Shown here piece by piece: positions 1 through 12,165 of a DNA stretch of 64,000 nucleotides. This stretch comes from Hydrolagus colliei (Eukaryota): positions 3,286,001 to 3,350,000 of the forward strand of contig CM068748.1 of assembly GCA_035084275.1 (NCBI GenBank), in the 5' to 3' direction. Made by a program: the position numbers and the translations under genes. Position 1 is the first letter of the stretch. The number at the start of each line of letters is the position of its first letter. A model generated the notes under the pieces. That model was given only the letters and a program-made list of their open reading frames with translations, had not been told where the DNA came from and searched no databases.

Positions 1-720
1 AATATGCTATCTTTCCTATGTACAGTACAGTATCTTTATTTTCCATCAACTTGACCTTACATAGAGACTCACCCAGCCATCACATCAAACCTAGCTTTCT
101 CTTTCAAATACTGATCTATCTCCTGGGGATTTTGACGTAGGCTTTTTAGTGAGACCAAAATAATGTACCGCGCAGAAAAAAAAATTGTTGCATGGTTAGA
201 ATTTGTTGAAAGAATAACTGTGACTTACAGTAAGTAGTTATTGATATCTGGCCCATGGAGAGCTATGCATGAAGAACAGGCTGAAAATGATTTTCACACA
301 AAGTGGCATTTTAAACATCTAAGGGTATCTAAGGAATAGAAAAGTTGTAATCTTTCGAGGTTCGGTAACAAGGGAAAATAGAAGACTTAAATAATGCAAT
401 TCTGTACATGGTTAACACAAATATGTATTTAGACACATACAGTACAATACAATGAAAGCACATCCATATACAATAACACACATGTAATCACTCTGTTAAA
501 GTTAAAGGAAAAATATGTTTAATTACATTGATAGAATTTAAATATAATATTATTGTACTTGTTTGTTTTTAAGTTTCTTTAACAATTAATACTGCATCTA
601 GAAGATGATAAATGTCTATTCGTAAATTAATCAAAGAACGGAAGTGATAATAGGAAAATAAACTCAAGCAGTTCAGATTTCTTAAGCAACCAAAAAATTA
701 CAAAAGCAAAAAAGCAAGAG

Positions 721-860
721 CAAAAAAATTACATTTGTATAGTGCCTTTCACATCGGGACGCTATCCCAAGGCACTGGACAGTCTTTCGTACCCGAACTG
801 GGGTCAGGATCGGGGAAGGTGGAGGGAAGTGGGGGGAAGGGCGGGTGACCGATGGCACCC
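721..860 (-). mobile_element. L2-type LINE 3' end fragment
   Basis: ACATTTGTATAGTGCCTTTCACATCGGGAC...CCCAAGGCACTG tail; the same tail ends the L2 ORF2 remnant at 39396-39715. Confidence 0.6.
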
Positions 861-1110
861 TTGAGAATGAAGCTCAAAGGTTTTCTTTTCTTGGAGAATA
901 TTGTCATGAGAGTCCCTCAAGAGATGCACTTTTCTTTTGGAATATCTACAGCAGTGCTACTTTTAACCATAAATAAAAGCTAACTCATTTGCTGATGTTC
1001 CTGGATGAAAGATATTTTTCCTGATGATGTTAAAACAAACATTTGTGGTTATTATGATGCCAGATTAGAAAGTGGAAGATTTTCTCTACACTTGTCAAGT
1101 GCATCAACCT

Positions 1111-1396
1111 AATAATAATAATCCTTGCATTTGATATAGTGCTTTTCACGTCTTCTAGATGTCTCAAAGTGCTTCGCAGAATGTACTATAATGTAAATTG
1201 ACTGTATATTTGTGGGCCAAACGCAGCAGCCAATTGCACACAGCAGTGTTCCACAAACAGTTGTGGATTGAAATGAGGGAGTATTATTAGGCGTGTGGAG
1301 TAAGGAAACTTGCCCAAGGTTTCACCCTGCGTAGATTTGAACACAGAATCTCATGCTTGTAAGGCGAGTGCTCTAACCACTGTCCTACAGGACTCC
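1111..1396 (-). mobile_element. Full-length tRNA-derived SINE (Deu/L2-tailed, resembles Callorhinchus SINE2-1_CM)
   Basis: Minus strand begins GGAGTCCTGTAG..CAGTGGTTAGAGCAC (pol III A box) and has a B-box-like GTTCAAATC, TTGGGCAAGTTTCCTTACTCCAC, Deu-like GCTGTGTGCAATTGGCTGC and an AAATGCAAGGATTATTATT tail; many copies in the window. Confidence 0.85.
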
Positions 1397-1914
1397 AACA
1401 TGATGCTGTGACACAGGACACAGGTTATGTGTAGTTCAAACCATCTATTGGTGATGTGTGCCAGCTATTACCATCTGTACTATCATTGTTAAATTGTTCC
1501 TTGAGATGTTTTTGTCACATGAAAGGCACTCTATAAATGTGAATTATTATCACTGTTTTGTGTTCTTGCTGCAGAAATCGACAGGGTACATTTAACATCA
1601 GTTTGTTGGTTGCAAATAGTCATGATGCCTGTGGCACTTGACAGTGGAATGGCTAAAGACTGTTTGTACAGTACTATTACATAGCCACAACCCGAGTGTA
1701 TCAGCCTATAAGCAAGCACATTTATGAGTGGGCATATGAGCTGCAAAGGAGTGGTCCCAGTTTGGTCCCAGTCTCTCACGATGGAACCATAGTCTCTTGG
1801 TGGTTGTGGTACTGGCGGCGGCAGGGGTGGTGGGGGTGCGGGGAACAAGGTGGGTTTTGGAGTGTAAAACATATTTTTCAAACAACAAGCGTTTATCCAA
1901 AAATAACAATAATA

Positions 1915-2066
1915 AATCGGTCATTTCAATCCATGACTGTTTGTGGGACACTGCTGTGTGTGTTTGGCTGCCATGTTTCGCCCACAAGTATAGTCAATTC
2001 ACACTATAGTATATTCTGACGTCTAGGAGACATGAAAAGCGCTATATCAAATGCAAGAATTATTAT
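1915..2066 (+). mobile_element. SINE 3' half (same family)
   Basis: ATTTCAATCCATGACTGTTTGTGGGACACTGCTGTG...AAATGCAAGAATTATTAT. Confidence 0.8.
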
Positions 2067-2610
2067 CCTGAAATTAGGACAAGGTTATCTCTGAAAACAA
2101 ATGGAGACGGATAACAAAAAAAAAGTACAGAATCAATAAGCAAAGAAAAGTCTGGAGGGAATTACTTTGAACAGAAAGGATTTCTCCTTGACTTTCCTAT
2201 TAAAATATCCCTGTGAACACAAAAGCAGTCAACACAAAAGCAAAGGCTTGATCCTACTTGTTAACTGTTACATTTGATAATGGCATCCCTTGCCTTCGTG
2301 AGGATAAGGATTATTTGAAAAGTTGACCCCTCCGCCAACTGCGATCTTCCCTGAATATTGTGTTTCAGTTTGTCTGCAGTGCTGAATTAGACTCGGCGTC
2401 TGGCGTACTCACTGGAAAATGCTGTTGTAAGAGATACCAACTGCTTATTAATTATTGAACCACTCCTCATGGTTCAGTGTATTTATAAATAGACAGAAGA
2501 TCGCATCACTGCTTTTGTGAACAAATTCACATTTGCATTGCTTTATGAATTAGACAGCACTTAATATCAAATAGATTTACACACGATTGCCAGCCCACTT
2601 GGTAATAAAG

Positions 2611-2927
2611 CAATCCTTGCATTTTGATATAGAGCTTTTCACGTCTTCTAATCTAGACGTCTCAAAGTGCTTCACAGAATATATTGTAAAGTGAATTGAC
2701 TGTGTATTTATGAGCGAAAACGCGACAGCCAATTGCGCACAGCAGTGTCCCACAACCAGTCGTGGTTTGAAATGATCAATTTATTATTTATTTTATTTTT
2801 GAAGGAATTAGTATATCAGGTGTGTTGGAGTAAGGAAATTTTCCCAAGGTTTCGCCCTGCCTGGAATCGAACCCGGGTCTCTCTCACTTGTAAGGCGAGT
2901 GCTCCAACTACTGAGTTACAGGCCTCC
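2611..2927 (-). mobile_element. Full-length tRNA-derived SINE (same family)
   Basis: tRNA-like head with B box GGTTCGATTCC on the minus strand; body and tail match the copy at 1111-1396. Confidence 0.85.
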
Positions 2928-3381
2928 ATTACTTTCCCTTCTGTAAACTGGGGTAGAGAGGCTTGTTGCAGCAGAAACAACAAGTATGTTCCAGCTGAGA
3001 TCATCTGACTCAACATTGATCTTGGGACAATCAGCTGACCTATCCTGAACACAAACCAGCTGTGCTTTATAACTAGAGATCTCGATATCCTGCTTTCAGT
3101 GGCTGTTTGCCAACAATAGCTACACTAAAGGGCAGTAACATAATCAAAGGCTCACATCACCTGTACATGTTACTTGAACCGTGAGATTACGCTGCTGCCT
3201 TGAATTGCTTAATGTTGAAAACCACCTTACGTAAACTGTATTACATACTGTTTATGAAGTCATAGCTTTTGACTTCTTCAAAATTTACTTGTATCCTTAA
3301 GTGCCTCTAATGCCTGTGAACATGTTTTCATTGCTGAACATTTAGAGATGAAAAGTGTTAAATGCTAAACTGCAAGTAAAT

Positions 3382-3476
3382 TCATCCAGTTGATTTGCTC
3401 GCATATTCGCAATGTTCTTCTTGCAAAGAACACTGAGTATTTTTTAAACTGGCTTTCAAAAATTTATTTATTTCCA
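3382..3476 (-). CDS. Candidate terminal exon of unassigned FN3-like minus-strand gene
   Basis: Acceptor ...tttcaaattgccAG, phase 1, reads (V)EINKFLKASLKNTQCSLQEEHCEYASKSTG*; phase matches the candidate exon at 3646-3708. Confidence 0.35.
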
Positions 3477-3645
3477 CTGGCAATTTGAAATATATCATAT
3501 ATATATATATTTCTATATATGTTTCAAGTGTTTCTTGAACACGTACCATTTGGTCTGAGAAAACAGGTGTAAAGTGCACCTTTTAAGCTCTTTCAAACAC
3601 CTTTTTCAGGCTGTCAGTGAGTACAAAGTATTCTGGATGACTCAC

Positions 3646-3708
3646 CTTGCATTTCAGCTACAGTGGCACAGTTGGCTGTCTGTATTCTTACATTCAATAG
3701 CACTGCAC
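3646..3708 (-). CDS. Candidate 63-nt exon (phase 1-1) of unassigned minus-strand gene
   Basis: tatAG acceptor, consensus AAG|GTGAGT donor, open frame (G)AVLLNVRIQTANCATVAEMQ. Confidence 0.4.
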
Positions 3709-4189
3709 CTATACGTATTTATAAAGAAGATTTAACCGTGTAGACTAGATAGGTAACTCTGATACCCAAGTGCCTGAAGAAAGACACACAGTATCTGTCT
3801 TTCGTAAGTGACTGGAGGTGATAGCTGCGGATTGTGTTGCAGGCAGAGAATTCCTGGCTTTCGTTTGCACTAGTAATGAGTTGAGACTACTGTATATGGT
3901 GCCAACATTGTGCTACACTTGGCTCCCATTCCAAACACACATGAACCCTCATTGTTTCGTTTGAATATTTTGCTGATATTTTATTCTCGAAATAGGAAAC
4001 TCTTTCAGTCAGTCTATGTAATTCTGTGTCATTTCCAAAGCCACATTTTCAATTCATCACAGCACGGTGGTGTGAAACAAAGACCGTGATTACTCTCAGA
4101 AGTATTGACTGAATGGTGATACAAAATTGTAAATAAACCTTGAAGGACATTTTCAGAATGTGCCATTTGTGATTTAATGTGTTTAAAGA

Positions 4190-4490
4190 ATAAGAATAGT
4201 GGCAGTTGATGTAAACACCTTATCACGTCAAAACATCTTACACAATGAGGTGTGTTGAAGAGTAGAGGCTGTAGTGAGGATATAAATGCAGCAATCTGAG
4301 CTAGTAAAATCCCACAAACCACAGTTCATGAATGACTACATTTTTGGAGGGATGATTTTGATGAGAGATAACTATTGATCATGACATTTGTACTTCAGTT
4401 CTCCCCCAATAACTTCATCTAAATAGTGGCCTCAACTCCCTGAGGCAAGAACAAGCAGACAAGACTGGGATTTAATGTCTGATCCAAAGG
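4190..4490 (-). mobile_element. Old DeuSINE (SacSINE1-like) fragment
   Basis: Degenerate match to the Deu domain and L2-like tail (cccacaaac...tttaatgtctgatccaaagga on the plus strand). Confidence 0.5.
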
Positions 4491-5108
4491 AATGAATAAT
4501 ATGCTTTATTCCGATGATACAGTTCTGCCTCTATGTAACACAATAGCTCTCAACATGTTTTAATATCCTTTAAAGGTAAAGTGACCCATCACAGCATTCA
4601 ACTTGATGATCATAGCAATGAATAAGATGAGCTGCAGAGAAAAAGGACACCAGAAGCAATGGCTATATTTTTCAATTGAAGAAAAGGATCCGGAAACACA
4701 TGTTTTGCTAACATATACTACTTGTAAATACTTACCAATTGAGAATACCAGAATCCTCTCCCTAACACTGATTTTACCCTCAAGTATACAGTCCATTCAC
4801 TTTCAGTATATTCTGTGAATCGCTTTGAGACACCTAGAAGACGTGAAAAGTGCTATATCAAATGCAAGGATTCTTCTTATTATTATATGAAAACCTCTGG
4901 CATCGTCCAGTGTCTCCTTCCCGGATAGAAAACCCATCACAACAGCTTGTGTGGAGCCATAAGAATCATTTTCCTATGGCGTACATTGACTATATTCTCA
5001 AAGGATCTGTTTCATACACCATTTGCAGTATTAAAATAAGAAGTTAATTAAGGAATTGATGATGACAACATATGTGCATAGCAGAAGTTTTTCCCTTTTT
5101 ACTCTTAC

Positions 5109-5247
5109 CTTGTGGTGTCTGGAAAGACTTTATTTCACTTATCTGGCTAATACTGTCTTCGCAACCACTGTCTGATGAGTAATGACAGCTCTGGCTACAT
5201 CCACAAATGATAAATGAATAGAAACCCAGTTGGAATTTCAAATGGTT
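5109..5247 (-). CDS. Candidate 139-nt exon (phase 0-1), C-terminal half of an FN3-like domain
   Basis: Strong acceptor gactttttcctgattttAG, donor AAG|GTAAGA, open frame NHLKFQLGFYSFIICGCSQSCHYSSDSGCEDSISQISEIKSFQTPQ. Confidence 0.45.
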
Positions 5248-5689
5248 CTAAAATCAGGAAAAAGTCAAAGTGGAATTGCCATTTTTCACCAGACACTTTC
5301 AATGTGTTTTGATCCTGTTTGACGTGTCAAACGTACAACACTTAGAGATTCACAGACAGAACACGCTCTGCTTAGCAACGTGGAATGCATCATTGTGTTG
5401 CCTCATCAAACAGCCACAACCAATGGCATTTCAACCGCATTGGCACAGGCAAGACATGTATATTATCCTGAACTGGCTTTGAACAAGTTTTACATTGTAA
5501 TGAGTCATTTATACTGTGGCTTTAACATCAATTCCGTGTAATTTATGCGCTGCATCAATGGTCAAAGTGCAATATAAACCACAAAGCATAAATTGCTTTG
5601 AGTTGACACTAAACAGCTATGGGCATTGATTTGAATCTAAACCATGCTCCCTAAGAGATGGTTTCAATAACTGAATCAATGGCCTGCAG

Positions 5690-6400
5690 TACAAAGTTGT
5701 AGGTTCAAGCCCCACAACAGGATTTTGACTCTCACAGTCAAAGCTGACACTCAAATATAGGGAATAGAAAAGAGGTGCCATCCTTAGGATGAGTCAATAA
5801 AGCAAAGTCATTTCTGTTTGTTCAGATGGATGTTGAAGATCCCTTGTCACTTTTCAAAAAAAAAAGCGAACTGCTTTCAGTGTCTTGGCCAACAATCCCC
5901 CAGATAATAATATTAATAATAATCCTTGCATTTTGATATCACGCTTTTCACGTCATTTAGACGTCTCAAAGTGCTTCACAAAATATACTGTAAAGTGAAA
6001 ATGACTGTGTATTTGTGGGCGAAACGTGGAAGCCAATTGCGCACAGCAGTGTCCCACAAACAGTCGTACATTGAAATGACCAATTTTATTACCGTGTTTT
6101 TTTTAGGGATTATTATTAGAGGTGTGGAGTAAGGAAACTTGCATAAGGTTTCGCGCTGATCTGCCTGGATTTAAACACAGATCTCATGCTTGTAAGGTGA
6201 GTGCTCTAACCACTGAGCTACAGGACTCAGATAATAGTGGTCATTCGCTTCATGGGTTTTGTGTGGCATTCCTGTGCACATATTGGCTGCCGCTTTCACC
6301 CACACAATACATAGACACCACCAGACAAATCCAGTGAAACACTTTGAGATATACTCTCAATGTGAAAGGCAGTACAGTATATCAAATTCAAGGATTATTT
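5690..6400 (+). mobile_element. Old SacSINE1-like DeuSINE interrupted by a younger SINE
   Basis: 5690-5900 GGTTCAAGCCCCAC..GCTGACACT..GGTGCCATCCTTAGGATGAG..GATCCC..GTGTCTTGGCCAAC; continues at 6237-6400 (TATTGGCTGCCGC...AAGGATTATT). Confidence 0.65.
5910..6228 (-). mobile_element. Full-length tRNA-derived SINE with TSD
   Basis: Family match; flanked by direct repeat AGATAATA at 5902-5909 and 6229-6236. Confidence 0.85.
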
Positions 6401-6482
6401 ATTATTCATTAGAACCTTTTAAGCTGCAGCTGAGTTTGACGAAAACTGCAAGAGAAAACACCAACGCTCGTCCCACTCCTAC

Positions 6483-6630
6483 CTCATGTAGATACTGTGG
6501 CTTATCATTAATGTTACATACCCAGCTCCAAGCAGCATTCCTCGAGAATCTAACCAAGTAGATAATGATCAGAGAGCCTTGTGCACCCGTGTATGCATAT
6601 GATTTGGGGAGATTGGATGCTGACCTTGAC
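6483..6630 (-). CDS. Candidate 148-nt exon (phase 2-0), middle of an FN3-like domain
   Basis: Acceptor atcatttcAG, donor GAG|GTAGGA (alternative in-frame TGG|GTATGT near 6521), open frame SRSASNLPKSYAYTGAQGSLIIIYLVRFSRNAAWSWVCNINDKPQYLHE. Confidence 0.4.
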
Positions 6631-7760
6631 CTGAAATGATCCACGTTAAGCAACATTTTTGGTGATCACTAATTCAAGTGGAATCAGTGTTACGAGCGTT
6701 AGTGCTAAGAACTATAGAACAGCAACAACAACAAAATTACATTTGTATAGCGCCTTTCACGTCGGGAGGACGTCCCAGGGCACTAGAAAAGGTCAACAGT
6801 TAAATTGGATAAGGATAAATTGGATTTAATCTGTTTTTACTTATATGAATAATGCATTCCCATTTATTACAGAGGAGAATGCCTGGCTGAAATTGCCTGC
6901 TTGAAGGTTCTCAAGGTGCTATCCCATCACGTTCCTACCCTTCCATTCCCCTGGAATAACATTGACTTTTGCTGTTCTCAGCCATTTCCAAGACAAAAAG
7001 TGAACACTAAGCTTTGATGTAGATCAGATTTATAGTAGTGATAGCAGACGTGACAGGTGTTAGACAACAGTTAAGTTAAGCCAGTTCTCACCTCACTGTT
7101 TCTGGGAAGACTGAATGTGAAACGTCACGAGACAAAGTTGTAGTATGTTGGAGTAATCAGGAGATGAAGCTCCAACCCGTTTCCTAATAAGGCAATTTCT
7201 AAATCAGCAAGAACACCAGAGCATTGATTAGGGGATTGAGTGCATCAATGGCAAAAAGTTTAATGGAATTAAAGCCGGATGTTATTGTTAAGTGATTAGC
7301 CATGAGCAAATCTCCATCAACACTTTCAAAAGCGAAAATAGTCATCATCGATTACATTCTTGCATCAAGTTAAGGCTGGTTAACTGAGTTTAAAGGAGAA
7401 ACTCCTGCTCACTAATGGGTAGGAGGGCTTTTAGATATATGTGTGTTTAAAATACACCTTTAGGCAGACTCTTTATTCAATTGCTTCCCATTATAGATAC
7501 AGTAACACATTTAACACTTTCCCCCTCACCATTGATATATGGTGAAACTGAGTACAGTATAAAGTAACATAATTCAGCATGAAGGCTACTTAGTCCATTA
7601 ACTTTTAGTATCTGTAGTGTCTTGTGGCACATAATAAATAGACAACTAGCTTTGACCACATTGGCACTCCCAACCATCTATCATTTATCATGGACTTTAC
7701 AATGGAGTCTAATAAAGGCCAGTGGTTATTTTTTTTAGTACACTCTTCCTGTCAATTAAC

Positions 7761-7850
7761 CTTGATATACAAATAGTCGAAAGTCTTCCTGTTGACGGAA
7801 ACAATGCGATGCTACGTGAAAAGACTTGGCTGGTGGCTGTGGTGATTGGG
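7761..7850 (-). CDS. Candidate 90-nt exon of unassigned minus-strand gene
   Basis: Very strong acceptor ttgtgtttctgttctagtttttctgtAG, donor AAG|GTTAAT; open as phase 2-2 (PITTATSQVFSRSIALFPSTGRLSTICIS) and as phase 1-1 (QSPQPPAKSFHVASH...). Confidence 0.3.
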
Positions 7851-9339
7851 CTACAGAAAAACTAGAACAGAAACACAATTTGAAAACTATATGTTTAGGT
7901 AATTTGCTGTTGGGAACTATTCCAATTTATGATGTTACCTGAATTATTGGAGTGAACTGCGGAAAAGTAACAAAGGCTCTGTCTCCATTGCAACTAGAAC
8001 CATCCCATTACAGCAGTGGGGAGCTTGTTTTGGAGGGGCCTTGAAATCCCAAGGAAGTTCTCGCACTTTGCAGGATTTACCCACAGGCAGAGAACGCAGT
8101 GGTGAGAGGATTTACAGCCGTGACCTGCTCCGAAAGCTTAACCAGACTACCCGATAACTATTGGGATAATAATGTTGTCATTACTTGCATTTAACATATC
8201 GTTTTATCAAAGTGCTTTGGAAATAAGAATTAAGATGAAGAAAAGTCAAGGAAATAGGATTTAACAAACTCCCACGTCATCATTCATTTCGTTGCTGTTT
8301 GTGGGACATTGGCTACCGTGTTTTGTACTGTGTACAAAATACACAGTCATTACATGTTCTAGAAATTTCTGCGAAGTGCTTTGAGATGTCCCCCAAACGT
8401 GGATGGTGCTATTTCAAATGCAAGGATTATTATTAAATTCTAATAAAATGGCAGAGCATGCTTGATGGTTCAGTGCTGTGCAGCCATGACACTTTGTGAT
8501 GTTGTTGTTTACAATATATTGTGTGACACACTTGGAGACGTCTCGAAGATGTCATAAAGCATTATATCAAATGAAGGATTATTATTACTTTACATAATGA
8601 GTTGCTTCATGGTTTAGTAGAATATTGTGAAGGTAAACATTTCCAGAAACATTTAATTTGTTTTTAATGAATTTAGTTCAGGGAGGACTATTGGCTTTAA
8701 CACTGGGAAGAATATTGGCTGAACACTAGGGCAACACCAATCTTAGAGTTCAATTAAAATAAGCTTGTACAAACATCATGGATGTCACAGTGATCCTTGT
8801 ATCCACCCCTAGAAAGTTACAAAGGGTACAAAGAACGTACAGCGTGGAAATAGGCCATTTGGCCAAACAGTCTGTGTGGATAAAACAATATATTAAACAC
8901 AAGAATGACAATATTATTACTTCCATAGTTACCGGCTAGTCTGGTTAAATTTTCGGGGCAGATCAAGGCTGTAGTATTTGTAATCCTTTTGGGATTTGAA
9001 TCCAGTACCTACTGGTCCGAAGACAAATGACTGTCCTCTGTTTGGCAACAGTGCCACACCCACAGAACAGTGCAAAGTGTCTAGGGATTGGCTGTTGCTA
9101 TCTGATCCTCTCCTTTCACTGTTTTGCCTTTCCATTTCCTTCTGAAGTTCCATATCTTCATCCATTCGGTTTCGTCACTAGATGGCAGACATACATCAGT
9201 TTCCAGTGGCAGGCACAAAGACAAGTTTACTTTGTAGCAGTGTAACCAGTATCACAGATACATTTCATGTTGTGTCATTTTAGGATTCTTACACAAGAAA
9301 CATTTTCTGCCATTGAAGAAACCAATGATGTGTTAGTTT

Positions 9340-9790
9340 TTCACCATAAACCTGCACCAGAGAGGGTAGGAGGGTGGCCGTAGGCATGGTCGAAGAGAAG
9401 GGTCTTGATATATGCTTTGAAGGAGGAATGGGAGGGAGTGAGGCAAAGGGAATGTGGGATGGAGTTCCAGAGGGTGGGGGCATTGAGGCTGAAGGCAACA
9501 TGGAGCCTGCTGAGTGTAGGAAGTAGACAGGTTTGGAAAAGTGGTTAGAAGATCAGAGAGGTAGAAAGGGGCGATGCCATGGGGGGGTCTTGAAGGTGAG
9601 GATGAGGCTTTTGAACTTGATCGTCTAAGGGATGAGGAGCCAGTGGAGCCGGGCGAGGGTAGGTTTGATGGGGTAACGGAGCCTGGTTTGGGAGAGGACA
9701 CAAACTGCAGAGTTCTGGATGATCTGCAGCTTGTGGAGTGAAGAGTTGGGAACGTTGACAAGCAAGGCGTTGGCATAGTTGAGCCTGGAT
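9340..9790 (-). mobile_element. L2 LINE ORF2 C-terminal fragment
   Basis: Degenerate frames with L2-typical HGIAPFYLSDLL and LQFV..; purine-rich plus strand. Confidence 0.75.
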
Positions 9791-10344
9791 TATGAATAAA
9801 AATGAGCCGTCAACTTTAAACTTACAAAAAACTAGAATGAGACATCCTTCCAATGCAAAAGGCTCTATATCAAATCCAAGGAATATTATTATTTATTAGA
9901 ATGTTGCTCTGTAGCATTTATTGTTGAGTGGGAAGGATACATAATTGATTAGCCTGCAGTGTCAGAGCAGTCACCAATACATTTTAGCATTAGATCCATT
10001 ACTCCAGGAAAATTAGATTACTGTGTCTTGAAATAGGTTTCAAGGGTATAAGGCATGTCAAACCAAAATTCAGCAGAAAAATATGTTATGGTACAGCAAA
10101 CAAAATATTTACATGCCTGCTTTATTGTTAGAATAGCACAAATCTTTGAATTCTTAATGGCTTTTGACCAGTTCTAAAGATTCATACCCATTAGATCAAT
10201 TCATAAGTGTGGAAGTCTAAATACCATTAATATTCAATTGGATATAATTGAACATGGGTAACCAGTTTAGATAGACGTGTACTATATCCTATTTATAAAG
10301 CATAGGCTGTCCAGGTTTTGTTGTGGTGCTCCAGCACTCACACA

Positions 10345-10567
10345 TAATAATAACGATAATAATCCTTGCATCTGATATAGCGCTTGTCACTTCTTCTAGA
10401 CGCCTCAAAGGGCTTCACAGAACATAGTGTAAGGTGAATTGACTATATCTTTGTATGCAAACCATGGCAGCCAATTGCGCACAGCAGTGTCTCACAAACA
10501 GTCATGGATTGAAATGACCAATTTATTATTGCTTTTTGTTGAGGGATTATAATCAGGCATGTGGAGA
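10345..10567 (-). mobile_element. 5'-truncated SINE (same family)
   Basis: Tail and Deu-like body match the other copies; tRNA head missing. Confidence 0.8.
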
Positions 10568-11030
10568 ATGTGTTGATCTGATCACCAGCACCAATCTACC
10601 AATCTTTCAGGGTAGCAGGGTGGGTGGAGGGGGGGGAAGTGTTTTGCCAAGTAAAGAAAAAAGTGCTCCCATGAGCATTCTTTGCTTCCCTTCACGGGTT
10701 CAGTATGGCATTTGTCTCATTTTGATATTTTTATTCTTAACATTTAGGCGGAGGTGCTGAATGGGCTGCACCTGCATCAGATTGTAAACAGGAATGGTGA
10801 AACAGGAGGGAGTGGTCGCGAGTGCTGGAGTCAGGGTATATGTGGGATTGATTAACACAGTTCCACACAGTGAAATCTGATCGAGCAGCGTGCGAACATT
10901 CACTGACTATTTCATAGATAAAGAATGACATCTTGGGTGGTACCAATGAGCAGATGGCCCCTTGTGGATCTGCGCGCCAGCCATGAGTCAGTGCCTTCAG
11001 GGGAAGAGAAGAGAGGAAATTGGAAGAAGA

Positions 11031-11078
11031 TGGGTTGGGTGGGTGGGGGGTGGGGGTGGGGGGGGGGGGGCGGGGGGG
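11031..11078 (+). repeat. G-run tract with G-quadruplex potential
   Basis: TGGGTTGGGTGGGTGGGGGGTGGGGGTGGGGGGGGGGGGGCGGGGGGGA. Confidence 0.7.
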
Positions 11079-11929
11079 GAGAAGTACAAACATACGCTTG
11101 ACACTCACAATACCTTACCTGATTTAACAAAAAATATTTTTATTGTTTCTATTGTGAAAGTCAGCAGCTATCATATCAGGGCGCATTCGACCACAAAACC
11201 GAGGGAGAATACTGGATTCAATGTCAGAGTTGTTAAATTACAGGAAGAAAATATCTGCTTCACAGCTGTACCACTGCCAGAAAACAGCAAAGCGTGAAGG
11301 AAGTTGTTTGATATGTACAGATTGCACTAAGCAAGATCCGGAGGTCGATTTAACTGTAATTTCTTGCAGCAAAGGGTTTTTTTTTGTTGAAAAAAAAAGG
11401 AATCTGCCAGTGAATATATTTCAGTCAAATGTTGTTGCCTTCCTTCTGAACCTGCATTTCGTTCAGAGGCGTGAAGGTGGATATTCTTGATAAGATGGGT
11501 TTCATTCCGTTTATAGCAGCTGCTCAGAAAGGATGTCTCGTCTTAGTCCGACGAGCATACCACACTATCTCCGAGTGATAAAGTAATAAAAGCGAATTGT
11601 GTATCACCATCTGCACAGAACATCTAAGTTATCATGTCGATAAATGTGCATGTTTTCTGTGTCTGTAGTTCAGGATCCCAGAGATTTCCTTCAGCTCCTT
11701 AGTCTGTCAACATGCTGTAAGAACATAGATCACAGAACTACAGAACACATCTTTGTTTGCTCCGAGGCTTAGTTTGTGAATCCACATTGCTGGTGTGGGG
11801 TTTAGGTGATTCACTTATAGTTGTGTATTTTGCCAGAAGCACTTTCATGTTGATCAATTCGATCATTGAGCATACCAGTGTTACTGGCAAGTTGAACACA
11901 CTGACATACAGTATTGCATCCCGTTCGGT

Positions 11930-12165
11930 GGCTGTGCTTTCAGCCACTATGCCCCTAAACTCTAGAAGTCTCTCCCTCAATTCCCTCTGTATTGCCTCCT
12001 CCCTCCCCACGTTCAAATCCAGCCTAAAGACCTTTTTAGATCGTGCTTTCAGTCACCACCCTCCATCCACTGCTGTACCCCTGGCTCAGGGTTAGATTCC
12101 AATACAATCAAAATCTCTGGAACACTATCCCGTGTGAAGGATGCCATATAAATTTACATTTGCAT
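11930..12165 (+). mobile_element. L2 LINE 3' fragment
   Basis: Encodes SLPTFKSSLKTFLDRAF (L2 ORF2 terminus) followed by GTGAAGG..CTATATAAAT-type tail. Confidence 0.7.

Noticed and set aside
1531-2019. Overlapping 70-116 aa ORFs
   Set aside because: Derived from a G-rich low-complexity patch plus a SINE tail; no recognisable protein features.
7091-7198. Minus-strand exon-like segment with AG/GTGAGA ends
   Set aside because: In-frame TGA, and its phase is incompatible with the neighbouring candidate exons.
10748-10835. Possible FANK1 exon 3 relic (AEVLNGLHLHQIVNRNGETGGS)
   Set aside because: Only V.GL and GE match; too weak to call by eye.
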